The position numbers and the translations under genes were made by a program. A DNA stretch of 55,826 bases from Spirogloea muscicola. Lineage: Eukaryota. Below the pieces are notes generated by a model that was not told where the DNA came from, did not search any database, and saw nothing but the letters and a program-made list of their open reading frames with translations. This document shows positions 1-12,099 of the stretch, piece after piece. The stretch covers positions 1,832,445-1,888,270 of the forward strand of contig WELB01000002.1 of assembly GCA_009602725.1 (NCBI GenBank), in the 5' to 3' direction. Numbering within the stretch: position 1 is the stretch's first letter; the number at the start of each line of letters is the position of its first letter.

Positions 1-125
<125 letters not shown>

Positions 126-453
126 AGGCCCGGGTGGGTTGGGCGCGGCCCGCCGGCCACGGCGCGCCGCCCGGCTTGGCGGCGGTCAGCGCCACCCCCC
201 ACTGCCCTCCCCTCTGGCCGCGCAGGCAGCGCCCAGCCAGGGGGCGACGGTGGGGGGGGGAGGGAGAGAGAGTGTGCCGTCTGCGCCGGGGCGCTGCCTG
301 GCACGGCACGGGGGCCCCACCTGGGTGGGGCTTCCCCCCACGGGCGACGCCGACAGGTGCGACGCCGCGCGGCGGCTCTCCCGCCGCCCCATCTGGCCGC
401 CACTCTTCCCTTCCCTTCTCCGCTTCTCCTCTTGTGGCCACCCCACAAGCCGG

Positions 454-1075
454 CAGGCCACGTCTTATCCTGGACGTGGTGACCACAGACGCATACGACC
501 GCTCACAGCCAGCCCTATGTGCCATCAAGGCTGGGTATGCGGTCGCCTGCGCCGCTCGAGCTAAGGAGCTCAAATATGCTGATCATCCGCGGGAAGACGA
601 GTTCTTCCCGCTGGCTATTGACACGCATGGGGCGTTGGGCGCTCGGTGGCTCGAGCTGCTCAACCAGCTCGCCCGCCACGCCATCGTCCGCCGCTTCCAT
701 GGGGAGCCGGTGGACTTTCCTGCAGCCGGGTCGCGCTAGCGCAGGTGTACCGGATGCGCTTGGCCGTCTCGCTGCAGAGGTCTATGGCCCGCGCGCTGCA
801 CCTGCGTGCCGGCAGAGCCCTCGCTGCTGCCTCTGGCTCTGGCCAGGGGACCCACTTCCAGAAGCCTACCTTCTCTGACCTGAGGCTGCTTAGCAGGGGT
901 TACTATGTTATACGTAGCTGCTTTGTTTCGTGTTGTGCTGTTTTTCTTAGCGCTTCCCCTGGCCCCCTTCTCGTACTTTGTTCCTTCTTTTTTGGGCTGG
1001 CTTTTCCAGCCCCTATCCTCAATGGGCGAGCCCTTCTCCTGTCCGTTGTTCTTGGGCCGACGATTGAAGAGTACC
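454..1075 (+). mobile_element. 5'-truncated non-LTR retrotransposon: C-terminal restriction-like endonuclease (RLE) region plus 3' UTR, CRE-like
   Basis: Translation LILDVVTTD...AARAKELKYADH...FFPLAIDTHGALG..WLELL, then after a frameshift near 735 YRMRLAVSLQRSMARAL...SDLRLLSRGY. This matches the D..K..KY..F.PLA.(E/D)T.G..G..LSV.LQR pattern of RLE non-LTR elements. A stem-loop 3' UTR follows at about 961-1037. Confidence 0.75.
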
Positions 1076-1077
1076 TG

Positions 1078-1310
1078 GAAGAGAAGGCGCGCGGTGCGCA
1101 TGAAAGTGAAAGGGAGGCCAATTCTAGCTTTACAAATGTCCTGTTAACTGGGTAATGAGCTGGCTAAGGGGGACACTAAATATCCCGAGTGAGCACATGC
1201 ATATCTGACAAGCTATACTGAGGCGCCAAACCACCACCACGGAAGCCATTAGCCTGGGCTAATGCACGACCAGCACGCTGGTGTATCGTGAGTGCCTGGG
1301 AGCGCTGTAG
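1078..1310 (-). mobile_element. 3' end of a related RLE non-LTR element (subfamily B), minus strand
   Basis: Close reverse complement of 1443-1674 and direct homolog of 54561-54790. The minus strand encodes LQRSQALTIHQRAGRALAQANG... Confidence 0.75.
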
Positions 1311-1676
1311 CGCTTTTCTCTCCTCCCTCCTCCATCGCCTGGCACTGTATGTCGATGCCCGCCGACGTAGTCGGGCGGGTAGCTTGGGGCATTCAAGCGT
1401 CCCGCCATCGTTGTATGCTATAGAATGCGGTTATCATTGAGTCTACAGCGCTCCCAGGCACTCGCGATACACAAGCGTGCTGGTCGTGCATTAGCCCAGG
1501 CCAATGGCTTCCGTGGTGGTGATTTGGCGCCTCAGTATAGCATGTCAGATATGCATGTGCTCACTCGTGGATATTAGTGTCCCCCTTAGCCAGCTCATTA
1601 CCCAGTCAACAGGACATTTGTAATGGTAGAATTGGCCTCCCTTTCAAGTTCATGCGCACCGCGCGCCTTCTCTCTC
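1311..1676 (+). mobile_element. 3' end of an RLE non-LTR element (subfamily B), plus strand
   Basis: Reads LSSLLHRLAL...(frameshift)...CYRMRLSLSLQRSQALAIHKRAGRALAQANGFRGGDLAPQYSMSDMHVLTRGY*, homologous to the ORF end at 745-905. Confidence 0.75.
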
Positions 1677-1679
1677 TTT

Positions 1680-2560
1680 TGACCCCTTCGAACCTTGTCA
1701 ATTCTTCTCGGGCTGGCTTTTCAAAGCCTTGCCCCCATTGGGAGAGCCACTTCCTCTTTGCTTAGAAGAGCTGTTCTTCCTCATCACGCTTGCCACCATC
1801 TGGAGGCGTAATGGTGGCTTACCACCATCTGGAAAATGGTGGCAAGCCTCCCACTGCACCGTCTTGTGTTTTGTTGTGTTTTGTGGTGTAGTCCTTTGTC
1901 GGCACCTCTTTCTTTGGCTTTGGACTGTCCATTCTTTGACATTCTTTTTAGGCTGGCTTTGCCAGCCCCTCTTCTCTGAGGGCGAGCACTTTCTTCTTTG
2001 AAGAGCTTCTGTGAGAGCTTTTCTGAAGAGTTGTTCGGCCTCTTCGGACTCTGTCAATTCTTTTCGGGCTGGCTGTTCACAGCCCTTGCCCCCTTTGTGG
2101 AGAGCCATCTTCTCTAAACGAGCTTCTCCCCGCACCGTTCCCACTTTTGCGGCCCCCTTCCTTCTTCGGCACCTCCTTCTTTGACTTTGGACATTGTCCA
2201 TCCTTTTTGGGCTGGCTTTGCCAGCCCCTCTTCTCTATGGGCGAGCACTTGCTTCTCACAGCCATACATAGCCCAGCCTCCTTCCCCTATCACAGGCTTT
2301 TCTCTCTATCACAGCCTCTCTCCTTTCTTTGCCCTCCCTTTCCCAGGTATAATCAGCAAGCGCGGCCAGATCAACTGGTGGCTGGGAGAGGTCAGCCCAA
2401 AGGAATGGACAAGGTCTGAAGGAGCCGGAGTGCTAAGGACTGAGACAGCAGCAAGCGGACTCTCAGTAACCTCTAGTCAGTAGATGCAAGTCTGAATAGC
2501 TAGCAGGCGCTGCAGCTGTCGTAGTTGGGCGTCACTGCCGCCCTCCAAACCCACCACTAC
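1680..2560. mobile_element. nest of short retroelement 3'-UTR fragments
   Basis: GGCTGGC..AGCC stem-loop units on + at about 1710, 1951, 2066 and 2209. A minus-strand copy at about 2350-2520 encodes SYSDLHLLTRGY*. Confidence 0.65.
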
Positions 2561-3614
2561 TGCCACTGGTTGCCCAGCTGAGCCCCTGCCGGCCTGGGCG
2601 CCGCCCTCCCTCCCTCCGCCCCGCCCTCTGCTCGCCCTCGCCAGGCTGCCGCCTCTGCCTCCCCCTTGTTTGACCGCAGGGACTTCGCCCGAAACCCCCC
2701 CCCCCTTCCACCCTCTCCTCACGCTCGTCCCCACCTCTCTCCTTGGTCGGCTGCAGGATCAGAAATGCTTGGCCAGAGAGTTGCTTCGCCTCCGAACCCC
2801 TCTGGCCATGGGAACGGCTTCACAGGTGCCGAGTCCAGGGTTGGCGCTCGGACCCACAGCGCGTGCACCCTTCCTTGGTGACAGAAGCAGCTCATGTGCT
2901 GCGGCGATGGCTGACTGGCCAGCTCAGATAAGCAAAGAGGGGCGATGGCCTGTGCTCAGTAGCGGGCTTGCCTGCAGTTGTTGCCCCGGGCTCGCGCAAG
3001 GCGTGATTCAACCCCTGATTCTCGTTCTGTTTGTGTCAATCCACAGCTCCTCTGATCCCTTGATAAGCTGCAATCCCGGTCAACAGCCTTTGCACACACG
3101 TGACGTGATACATTGGGCCCGTCATACCCCGGTGGACAAGCCAGGGCGAGCGAAGCCCAGACATGACACCAGAGCCTCTGCTCTCCCTGAGCAACACCCA
3201 TTTCCTCGCTGAATGCCTTAGCAACCCCACGCTCACCACACCGACTCCTGTCGGGCAAATGTACTGCTAGAATGCACCCCCTCATGCGCTATGAAGCTAC
3301 ACGATGAAAATGTCCTGAACGGTACAGAACAAGACCACGCTCTCTGCAGCCGTGAGCAGCAGAGTCGGCTGCACTGCACTTCCTGTGTGCGTCAAGAGCG
3401 CGCCCTTGGAGGAGGGTCAATTGGCGCCAGTGGGACAAGAGTATAGCTCGTGCTATCACCGGTCGAATATATTCAAACCCATTGTGCCATGACCAGCTGA
3501 CTCTTGCAAGCCCCAGAAGGATGCAGACTGCTCGCTCTCGCAGTCTCCCAATTTGAGCAGGGCGGATACCGGCATGCCTCCAACAACGACGGGCTCGCAA
3601 CCCACTGCATTGGC

Positions 3615-6600
3615 TTACTCCACGAGCATGGCCCGGCCAAGGTTCTGGGCAACCGCGAGCCGGACGTGCTGCAGTGGGGGCTTGTGCTCCACTGCCGAGA
3701 TGTCCGCTGGGAGGCCTCGCTGGAAGCGGTCAATGACTGCGTCCACCTGCTTAGAGAGGGAGTGGTCGTGCAGGAGGTCCTGGAGGGAGCGTGTGTCGGC
3801 AGCGCCGAGGAGCACCTCGCCTGGCCACTCCAGCACCTCCAGCTGCACATCAGATAAAAGCTCTCCCCTTCTGAGGACCTACCACGGAGCCCTGCTTCTT
3901 ACACCTTGAATTGCAATCAGCAACTCAAGACCCCGAGTCCTTCTATCTAGTGTCTATTTAATAGGTAGAAATATGTGCTGTTGAGTCAGCTTAGACTTAA
4001 CATGAACCACCTGGAGTTACTGACCGCGCTTGCGAGTATGGGCTCCACAAGGGCAGGGAGGACGCCGCTCTTTGCCGCGCGAACCAGCGCTGCGAGGCTG
4101 CTCGCCGCCTGCCTGCCAGCAGCTGCGAGCGTCTCGCTGCTGCCGCTGCCGCCTCCTTGTGGGAGCGCCGCCATGATGGCCCTGCGCGCTCGCTGCAGCT
4201 CGACGTACTCCTTGACCATCCCAAGAGGGCTGACTTGGTCGCCATCAGCCTCCTGGAAGCCATCCAAGAGGGACCCAACCGTCTCTAACATTGCATCATC
4301 ACTGAGCAGCTCCTGCAGAAGTTGCGTGGCAATTGAGCTTAACCTGCGCAGCAGACGGAAAGCCCAGATTGGGAGCCATGACATGCGCATGTAGCTGCTG
4401 GCAGTCTAACGGTGATAAGCTGGTGCGGTTCGAACCTTGCAAGAACTTGGACAAAGCAACTGACCACGGACGCAAGACAGCATTGCGGTGAGGGTATGCA
4501 ATGGCAGAGATCCTCATGCCATACTCTTTCCTTAAACCCTGACAAGATATCAGGTGCTCGTTCTAGAAGTCTCGTTTCCTTACATGGCATTGAGTGATTA
4601 TACCTGGGCCCGTCTTTGGCTCGTTGCAGCCAAGCGAGTCCCTCTGCCCGCCTGCCCTGCGTCCAAGCACAAGCTCCGGCAATCTGGCAGGCCTGCTTTG
4701 CCGTTGAGCTCATGCCGTAAGCCTCGCAGACGCCAAGGACCTTAAGGACAATGCGGTAGTCGTTGTCGTTGCCGCACCGGCGAAGAAGCAAGGTCTCCAG
4801 CTGCCTAAAGCCCTGCTTTGGGCAGGTTGCTAGATACACGGGTGCCAGCTGCAAGGTCGTTTCATTGCAGCCTCAGTATACAAGGTCTTGATGAAGCAAG
4901 ACGGATGGTTGTTGTGACGTCCTTTGTGTGCGAGCCTCGGGGTCCTTGGCTACAGTTTGTTGTGCAGTGCCCATAGTTGCAGAGCAGCAGACCTGCCATG
5001 TGGAGCCGTGCGAGGCGAGCTCCTGGGCGTACTGCAAGCGGTAAAACTCCAGGATGCTCGAGCCACCGAGACCCTCCCTGCCCTTCTCCAACAGGTTCCT
5101 CTCCTGCGGCCCCCTGGCCTTGACGAGCTCCAGCAGATGTGCCATGGTCCTAAGGGCAGAGAGGGTTAAGTTGGCCAAAGGATGCAACTCTACATCTTAC
5201 TATATTGCAAGGTCAAGCTGCTGCTCTAAGCATCAATACTGTCCAGTCAAGTATGTAGTCATGACTAGATAACCGCTATTCCTCATTCTGTAGCTGCATG
5301 GTGGTTTCAAATGAGAGTGGCTATCATGCATCGTTAAATTGAAGATCAAAGGAGCAGTCAATCAGCAGTATACAACATTGTCGGCCATAGCACAGTGATT
5401 GCAATGTACCACGAGTCGAACGCCCGTGACGCCTCGCTGACAACGATCTCAGTGTCGTGGTCCAAGGCCGCCTCAATCAGGTCCTCCAAGGAGTATCTGG
5501 GCCCTGCTTGCTCGACGCCGCTCCCCTGGTTACCTCCCTGTGAGCTACTGCTGGCCCTCTTTTGGATCTGCTTGCACTTGGCAATGGTGCTCCTGATGCT
5601 CTCTCCCAGCTGAGGACATGCAATATTTGGAAAAGGTGGAGCAGTGAGAAAAGAAGACAGCAATGCAGGTTACTCAAACCAAACATGGTTGACAGTTCTC
5701 CTCTGAGCAACACTTGCATGTTCACCCTCCGAACGAGGATCGTCAGCAATTCCTCACACTTCCAAAAGCAGAGCGAAGTAGCACTCGCAGGCCCAGTATG
5801 GGCAGACGAAGTACTCCAAGCAAAGCAAAGCAATGTCTACCATTGGATGGGTAAGACACTTTGATCTGGTCATCTGCAAGTTATTGGCATCATTCTTCAA
5901 GCCATGTCCCAGGAGGTCTTGTAGGATCAGTGTGTGGGGACGAGGCTCACGGGGGCATGGGGCTTGAGGTGGAGGAGGCGGGCAAGCAGGAGCTCCAGCC
6001 AGTGCGAGGCGTGCGCCTGGAGCAGCTCCTGGCTGCCCTGGAAGAGAGCGAGGACACGCGTGAGGCCGTGAGTCGTGCCGACGTGCGAGCAGGCCGCCCA
6101 GTAGGGGCCGGCCTTGGATTCCAGGCGCGCCAGCTGGCCCAGCCACCGCTCCCGCGCCTGCGCAGAATCGGAGCCAGGCCGTTTCAGGGCGTCCAGCCTA
6201 AGCCCCATTTGAGAAGCAGATGAAATATAGAACGACTTGTGGAACTGTTCTTGACATGCACTTAAAGGAGTGGAAGAGAGCTGTCCTTAACAAGTATAGT
6301 GAGCAGCCACTGGCTGGCTATTACATCATGGTCCTTCAAAAAGATTTGGGCCTCCATTGTTATGAGGACCCAGCTCGGCACTCAGTCGAAGCCAAAGCTT
6401 CGTATTTCAGGCAGCCCCCACATTCCCTGGTTACTAGGAGGAGCACTAGCAAATTGATTCAGATGTGCCTTGGTTGAAGGACGAGTCTGGCGGACCCGGA
6501 CGAGCTCGGGCACGGTGGCATAGGGCGTGCCGGCGGGCGGGAGGGGTGGTGGCCGGAGCCGCGGCATGAGGGAGATGAGCACGGCCACCGCCTCCACCAG

Positions 6601-8822
6601 GCCGTTCTCGCCCTGCGCGCATCATTGTGCACCACCATCTAATCCCGTTAGGACACTGTCAATGTGTTAGAAGGGGAAGCTTGGGTAATGTCCCGCATGA
6701 CTCCCGTCCCGCTGTTCCAGCTTCAGCCGTGCACAACAAGCTCAACAGCTACAGCCCTGATTGAGTGCCACGCACTTCGCGATCGTTTATCTGATCGTCC
6801 CGGTAGGATCCATGCATGCGCAGCAGCGCCACCTGTCCACTCCCAGTGACAAGCAGTAATTGACTCAGATTTCACTGCAGCCGTATGGCCTTTGTGAATA
6901 CATGCAAGCACAGCTAGCAATTGGCTTTACGAGTGCATGCCACCCGTGACTGCATAACAGCACATCATAGAAGCAGAAGCTCAGCAAAATCCCACAAGCC
7001 TAAGCCTCAACCTGATGCTATTTCTGGACTTCGAACAAAAGCATGCATGCCGGCCAGACTTCATTGGGGGAAGGGTGTCATACGGACAGCTGTGTCAAGC
7101 CACCCGACAGCGCCCGCGGCGAGGATGGTGTCCCAGTATCCAGGGTCGTCTTCTGGGAACTGGCAGCCCACACAAGAGCGACCTCAATGTGCAAAGCTGC
7201 TTACTTCTGATGAAAGCCCAGAGTTTCTGCCGAGCTTAACATCGTCTTACAAGGATCTGCAACGGGCAATAGCATCTTATAAATAGCATGATTACTGGTT
7301 TCGCTTATGTATGTTGTTGACCTTGATCCTCAGGAGCTTGTCTTTTAAGGCAAGGAGCTTGGCGCGCACGGTCAGGTGGAAGGGCGTCAACACTGTGTCG
7401 TGCTCCTGCAATCCAGCCTCGGAGGCGACCCAGAAGCCCAAGCACGCGAACACCAGGCGTCAGATTGTGTCGAGCTTGCAACACCAGTCTGCGATGGTGC
7501 TTGCAGCATCTGCCTTGTGTCAAGACTCGCAGGGCTGTGAGGTGCTGACTGCAGTCACTTGATGGCAGCCCATGCAGGTCACTCGCTCATCACGTTAGCG
7601 CCAGCTCTAGAGCTAGAGGGCAAACCCGAATCTGACATTTCCAAATGTTAATACCTGACCTCTCACTGCAGACTCAGGGCCCAAGTCCCTCAGTCTGCGA
7701 TTGAGCTTGAGCCCTGAGACCACCAATGTCAGCGGTCCCCTGATCAGTAAGGTTGGTGCAGGTTTGCAACTGACCGCCAGCCAGTCAAGCAGTGGTTCCG
7801 TCAGCATCGGGCTGGCGCTGTGGTCTGCGTATGTGACTTGGATCAGATCCCAGCCGGCCTTCTGCGCAGTCCGGTCTACGCTCTGCAGAAGCCCAAGCAA
7901 GCACAGCACTTACGGATGGTATCAATCATCTCTGGAGCTTCTAGGGACTCCTAGGCGACGTGCACGAGGCGACGTGCACGAGTCGCATAGGCCGTCCGCT
8001 CTTGAACAGAATATTACATCCCAACTCTGGTAGGGGCAGAGAACAAAAGCTGATCGGGAGCTGAGAACCAGTGCAAGAATATCAGAGCTGGAGAAAGCGA
8101 TTAGCAGAGCATTTGCGATGGAGGTGGTGGCCAGGAGCTTACAGCATACGCGTCAATGACCTCCTGCAGAGGCGCAAGGAGGCCACTGATCGCCCGGCTG
8201 TAGGACATAACCTGTTCCCATCTGTCAAGCCAGACGGGGGCGGGCTAGTGCATCAGGCCCCCTCCTGTTGCATGCAACCCATGCACATTCTAGTACAAAC
8301 ACAAAAGAATCGATGGATCTAACACCGTCACCATTATTCACAAGCAAGTCAAGTCCACGTTGCTGCTGGGGCTGCACCCGTCCTCGCCGTCGCCCGTGAG
8401 CGTGAGCAGTCCGCCGCCGCCACCGCCGTTATCATCACCGGCCTCCTCGGACGCCGTGAGCTGGCGCTGAAGGTCGTCAAAGAGCGGTGCCGCATCGCAG
8501 GCGAGAGCACGCTGCTCCTTCCCTGCGAGCCCCCAGCTGACGATGTACGCACTGCACACACCTCATCTCTTTTGGGTCCAGGGTTTAAGGTCTGCGCGAC
8601 TGCTGGCAGCCGCTCAGGCACACAGCTAGCAATCCAAGCTGACGCTGCCGCAACGCAGCAAGCACCAAATGGCAGCTGGAGCAACGCAACTCGCCTGGAC
8701 GGAGCACCCGCCGACTCTGACGCCTCCGAGACCACAAGGTTGTTGCCGGTGCCCCACGTGGCCTTAAGCAAGCCCTGCAGGCCCACGACCTCGCACACCG
8801 CTGGCACTTCCTCTTTGCCCAT
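3615..8822 (-). CDS. NUP85: nuclear pore complex protein Nup85 (multi-exon)
   Basis: Spliced exons give WGTGNNL; EDDPGYWDTILAAGAVGWL; LLRMHGSYRDDQINDRE-GENGLVEAVAVLISLMPRLRP; HWLELLLARLLHLKP; GLGGSSILEFYRLQYAQELASHGSTWQLAPVYLATCPKQG; and C-terminal VRLAVAQNLGRAMLVE*. These are collinear with plant Nup85. Confidence 0.92.
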
Positions 8823-10573
8823 GGCCGCCAAATGGGCGCCACAGCCTCGTCAAGGCTGGTGCTGGCGTCGGCTACTCCGACATTCTGCTGAGCTCTGCGG
8901 CGTCCTGGTGCGCATGTTGCGACCACCCAGCTCGCACCACAAACATCCCAACATTCCTAGCTTCCAACGCCAGCAGCTTGCCCTCAAACGGACATTTTGA
9001 AGGCGTCCTGGGAGCTTCGCTTCTTGCAGCCTCAGTGACGAAGTCTTGAGCTTTGGGGCTCAGGGGCTAAGAGGATCAACTTTGGGTGATGGCCATCTCT
9101 CCATTGTCCTCACAGAGATCACGGAGTACGTTACACCTGCTTGGGTCAATCTGTCACAGAGAAATGTCAAGGTAAGACTGCTGATTGTGAGTCGCAGATT
9201 GGGATGGCACGGCAAACCAATTGCTAAACACGAGCCTGGTGTCAAGGGGCTCTGAAGAGCAGCCTTTGCCCACGATCTTTTGCTGTGCATGCATCTATAC
9301 ATCTATAGTGGCAAATCAGGCTCGCACAAACCCACGGAATTCTAGGGCTTGCTAAGGATACAGTGGTGTTGCAAATTGAGCTTGCATGACAAGTCAGGCG
9401 ACTTTCAATTATCTATGTACCTTGGCAAAGGGGCGACAAGAGGTAGATGGCACTTCGGGCAGCGACCAGCAGAGGCTAGTCGTGATCAAGCGCCTCAAGC
9501 TCGGCATCGAGCTGCGCCATTTCAGACCCGTAAGCGGCGCAGCATGCCCTGCTCTCAGTCGACCACCCTCGACAATGGCGCTTCAGAGGCAGTCCAGGAC
9601 GCCCTCAACGGCAGCCCTGTGTCACTGCTACGAGGGCATGTCAGAAGGACAGCCACCACAGAAGTGGTAGCTTGACACAAGAGCTCCTCACCCGCCAGCA
9701 GAAGACGAGCGCTTGCATTGGAAGCCATTAGCGGAAGCCATTGTCGAACCTGACGGCAGCGTCCTCGCCTGTCCAAGCAGGCACGGGCTGCGAGCCTGGC
9801 CAACCTCGCAGTCGAGGCCTCGTGGTGGAAGTAACTACGGGATTTTGGGCTTAAGCGCCACCTCGACCTCCTTCCGCCTCCCCAGCGCTCGTTGGTGGCC
9901 ACCTCGCCGTGGTGCTTGTCCCCGCTCAGGCCGCCTGCCGCGCCACGCCGCCCTCGCCTGTCCAGCAGTGGGAGGGTTCAGGATTCGCGCCTCCCCAGTC
10001 TCCAGTCTCCAGTTCCCCCCCNTTGAGCGCCCAAAGCCCCAGTAACCACATGGGGTGCTGCTGGTAGGAGGTTATCGCTAAGGGGTTAGTCAGAGTCAGC
10101 TGACGGTGAACAGACCTCCGCGGCCTGGTGACACCAAGAAGCTCGCCCCCGCCCGCCACTGCACCCCCCCCTGCCCACACACTGCAAACACTCGCTCGTT
10201 TCAAACCCCATTTCGGTGTTTCCTTGTCATCCCCTACCCGTCGGTCCCTGTCCTTTTCGGTAAACTCAAGTGTTCCTGCGCGGGCTGCCCGAGCCCTCAG
10301 CTGCCTGGCAGCCAACTGTTGTACTCGGCAGGTAGAGAGGACGAGCTGGTCCTGAAGCAAGGCAGGTCAGTACGGCAGAGCCCAGCCAGCGCCAGCGCCA
10401 CTACCTGTTCGGCTGGCGGCGTGACATGCTCCGCCGGCAGAGAAGAAGTCTCAGAAGCTGCCATCGACTTGTCTGCTTGCCTGTTGCAAGCAGCTCTCCC
10501 ATGCTCACTCCTGCAATGCCCATACGCTGCTGCAACTATACCTGCTGCGTTGGCTGCGCCAGGACCAGCCTGT

Positions 10574-12099
10574 ATGGGGATGGCGGTGGCAGCAACGCCG
10601 GCACAGCTGGTACCCGACTGCTCCACCAGCGGTGATGACTCCGACGCCCCCGAGGAGGTGACACTGCAGCAGGTGAGCAGTGCAGATATATACCTCAACT
10701 CCTCAAAGGCTAAACCCTGGCCACTGTCATGAAGCTCCAGTTGCTCACCGTAGCCCTAACCTGCGCCCTAAGCCCAGCTTGAGTTTGCCGGGTCTGTGCC
10801 ATTGTCGCTGATGTGCTCACGCTCGGACGGCCATCGCCGGCCCATGCAGAGCATGGAGTCGGCGCGACACAAGCGCAGCGAGGAGCGCGACCAGCGCCGA
10901 CTGTGAGTTGGCCGCCAACTCGAGTTTATCATTGTGACATTCGGGCCCATACTTGTATTCCTCTTGCGGACACGGCAAAGGAATGCTGGCAGCGCGGCTG
11001 CCCCGCTGCGCACATTATGTTCCAGTTACTGTGAGGGCTTGAGAAGGCTGTGCAGTAGTTCGGCCCCAACAATTGATAGCTGCAGGGTGCCTTACCAAGG
11101 TCACGATGGCCTTGCTGGGCACCTGACAACCGTGGTAACGGCTTGCTGACGCAGACGGGAGGTGGAGGCCAAAGAGCAGCGGCGCCGTGCGAGCGGGCCA
11201 AAAGGAGCTGCACCGGTGGACGGCGGCACTGCTAGTCCACATGATGGCATGCAGGAGGCTGTCGGCATGCCAGCCAAGCGACTGCGTCCGCGGAGAAGGG
11301 AGCAAGGCTCGTCGGGCGCTCCCCAGGACGAGCAAGTGACTGAGTATGCGGCGCTGGACCACCCGTCAGTGACAGGCTCTGAAATGATTCCGCGGCAAGC
11401 TTCAGCTAGCGCCGGTGCTTCTAAGGCAGAAGCAAGAGGCACCGCTGTGTAAGTACCCCTCAAGCCTCATATCGAGAGGGCGACACTTCCAGACATCCTC
11501 CATGTGTGGCCTGAGGGTTGATACACCCCTTGTTTTCAAGTCAGCGTCAATCTCAATCAGAGCTTGTTGACTGAGGCCGCCACTGACTGAAGCCGACGTG
11601 TGCAAGAATCACTGTGCAGATGAGCCTTTGACTTTGTACTACTGCAATGACATTCCTGGCAAAGGGCCTGCCATTGATTTTGGTCAGTGGGCCTGGCTCT
11701 CAGGGCTGGTGTGGTGGCTGAGGAGGAGGTGGACCGACAGCGGGCGGCCAAGAAGAGAAGGAAGGTGCAGCAGAAGCTGTGAGCATGCAACTTCTAGCCC
11801 TGGCCCCTGTCTGCTCGGCTTCCCTCGTTCATTGAGGTGCCGGCTCTGCAGTAATCATCGACATTTGCATGGCACAGTCTTGAGCTAGTTCCCGGGGATT
11901 GTAACGTTTGATAGGGCGCATGTGTGCCAGGGCGCATGCCAATATCGTGGTTCTGCGGCAGGAGGAGGAGGCCCTGCTGCCGGTCTCAGCAGCGGCAATC
12001 GACTTCCGGCAGAACCGACTGTACGGCGCACATGTGCCACGTTCATTCACCATGCTGCCTAAGGCACCGGCCCAGCTCGGAAGGCACATGCGGCGCTGA
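10574..12099 (+). CDS. small charged protein, NOL7/Bud21(Utp16)-like putative SSU-processome factor (5 coding exons)
   Basis: Five exons join with consistent phases (0,2,2,2) and GT-AG borders. N-terminal DDSDAPEEVTLQQ and C-terminal AAIDFRQNRLYG resemble the NOL7 DEAPEELTF and AFIHNSLYG motifs; a basic KKRRK patch lies between. Confidence 0.6.

Noticed and set aside
1680..2260. Repeated hairpin units separated by variable sequence, superficially CRISPR-like
   Set aside because: Eukaryotic context, irregular spacing, degenerate units and no cas genes; explained as retroelement 3' UTRs.
2570..3300. 180-aa ORF at 2670-3212 and neighbouring ORFs
   Set aside because: Non-ATG start, no recognisable motifs, and no consistent exon chain.
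7953..7982. Short tandem duplications (also about 12526-12553 and 23529-23555)
   Set aside because: Ordinary 12-14-bp slippage repeats in non-coding sequence.
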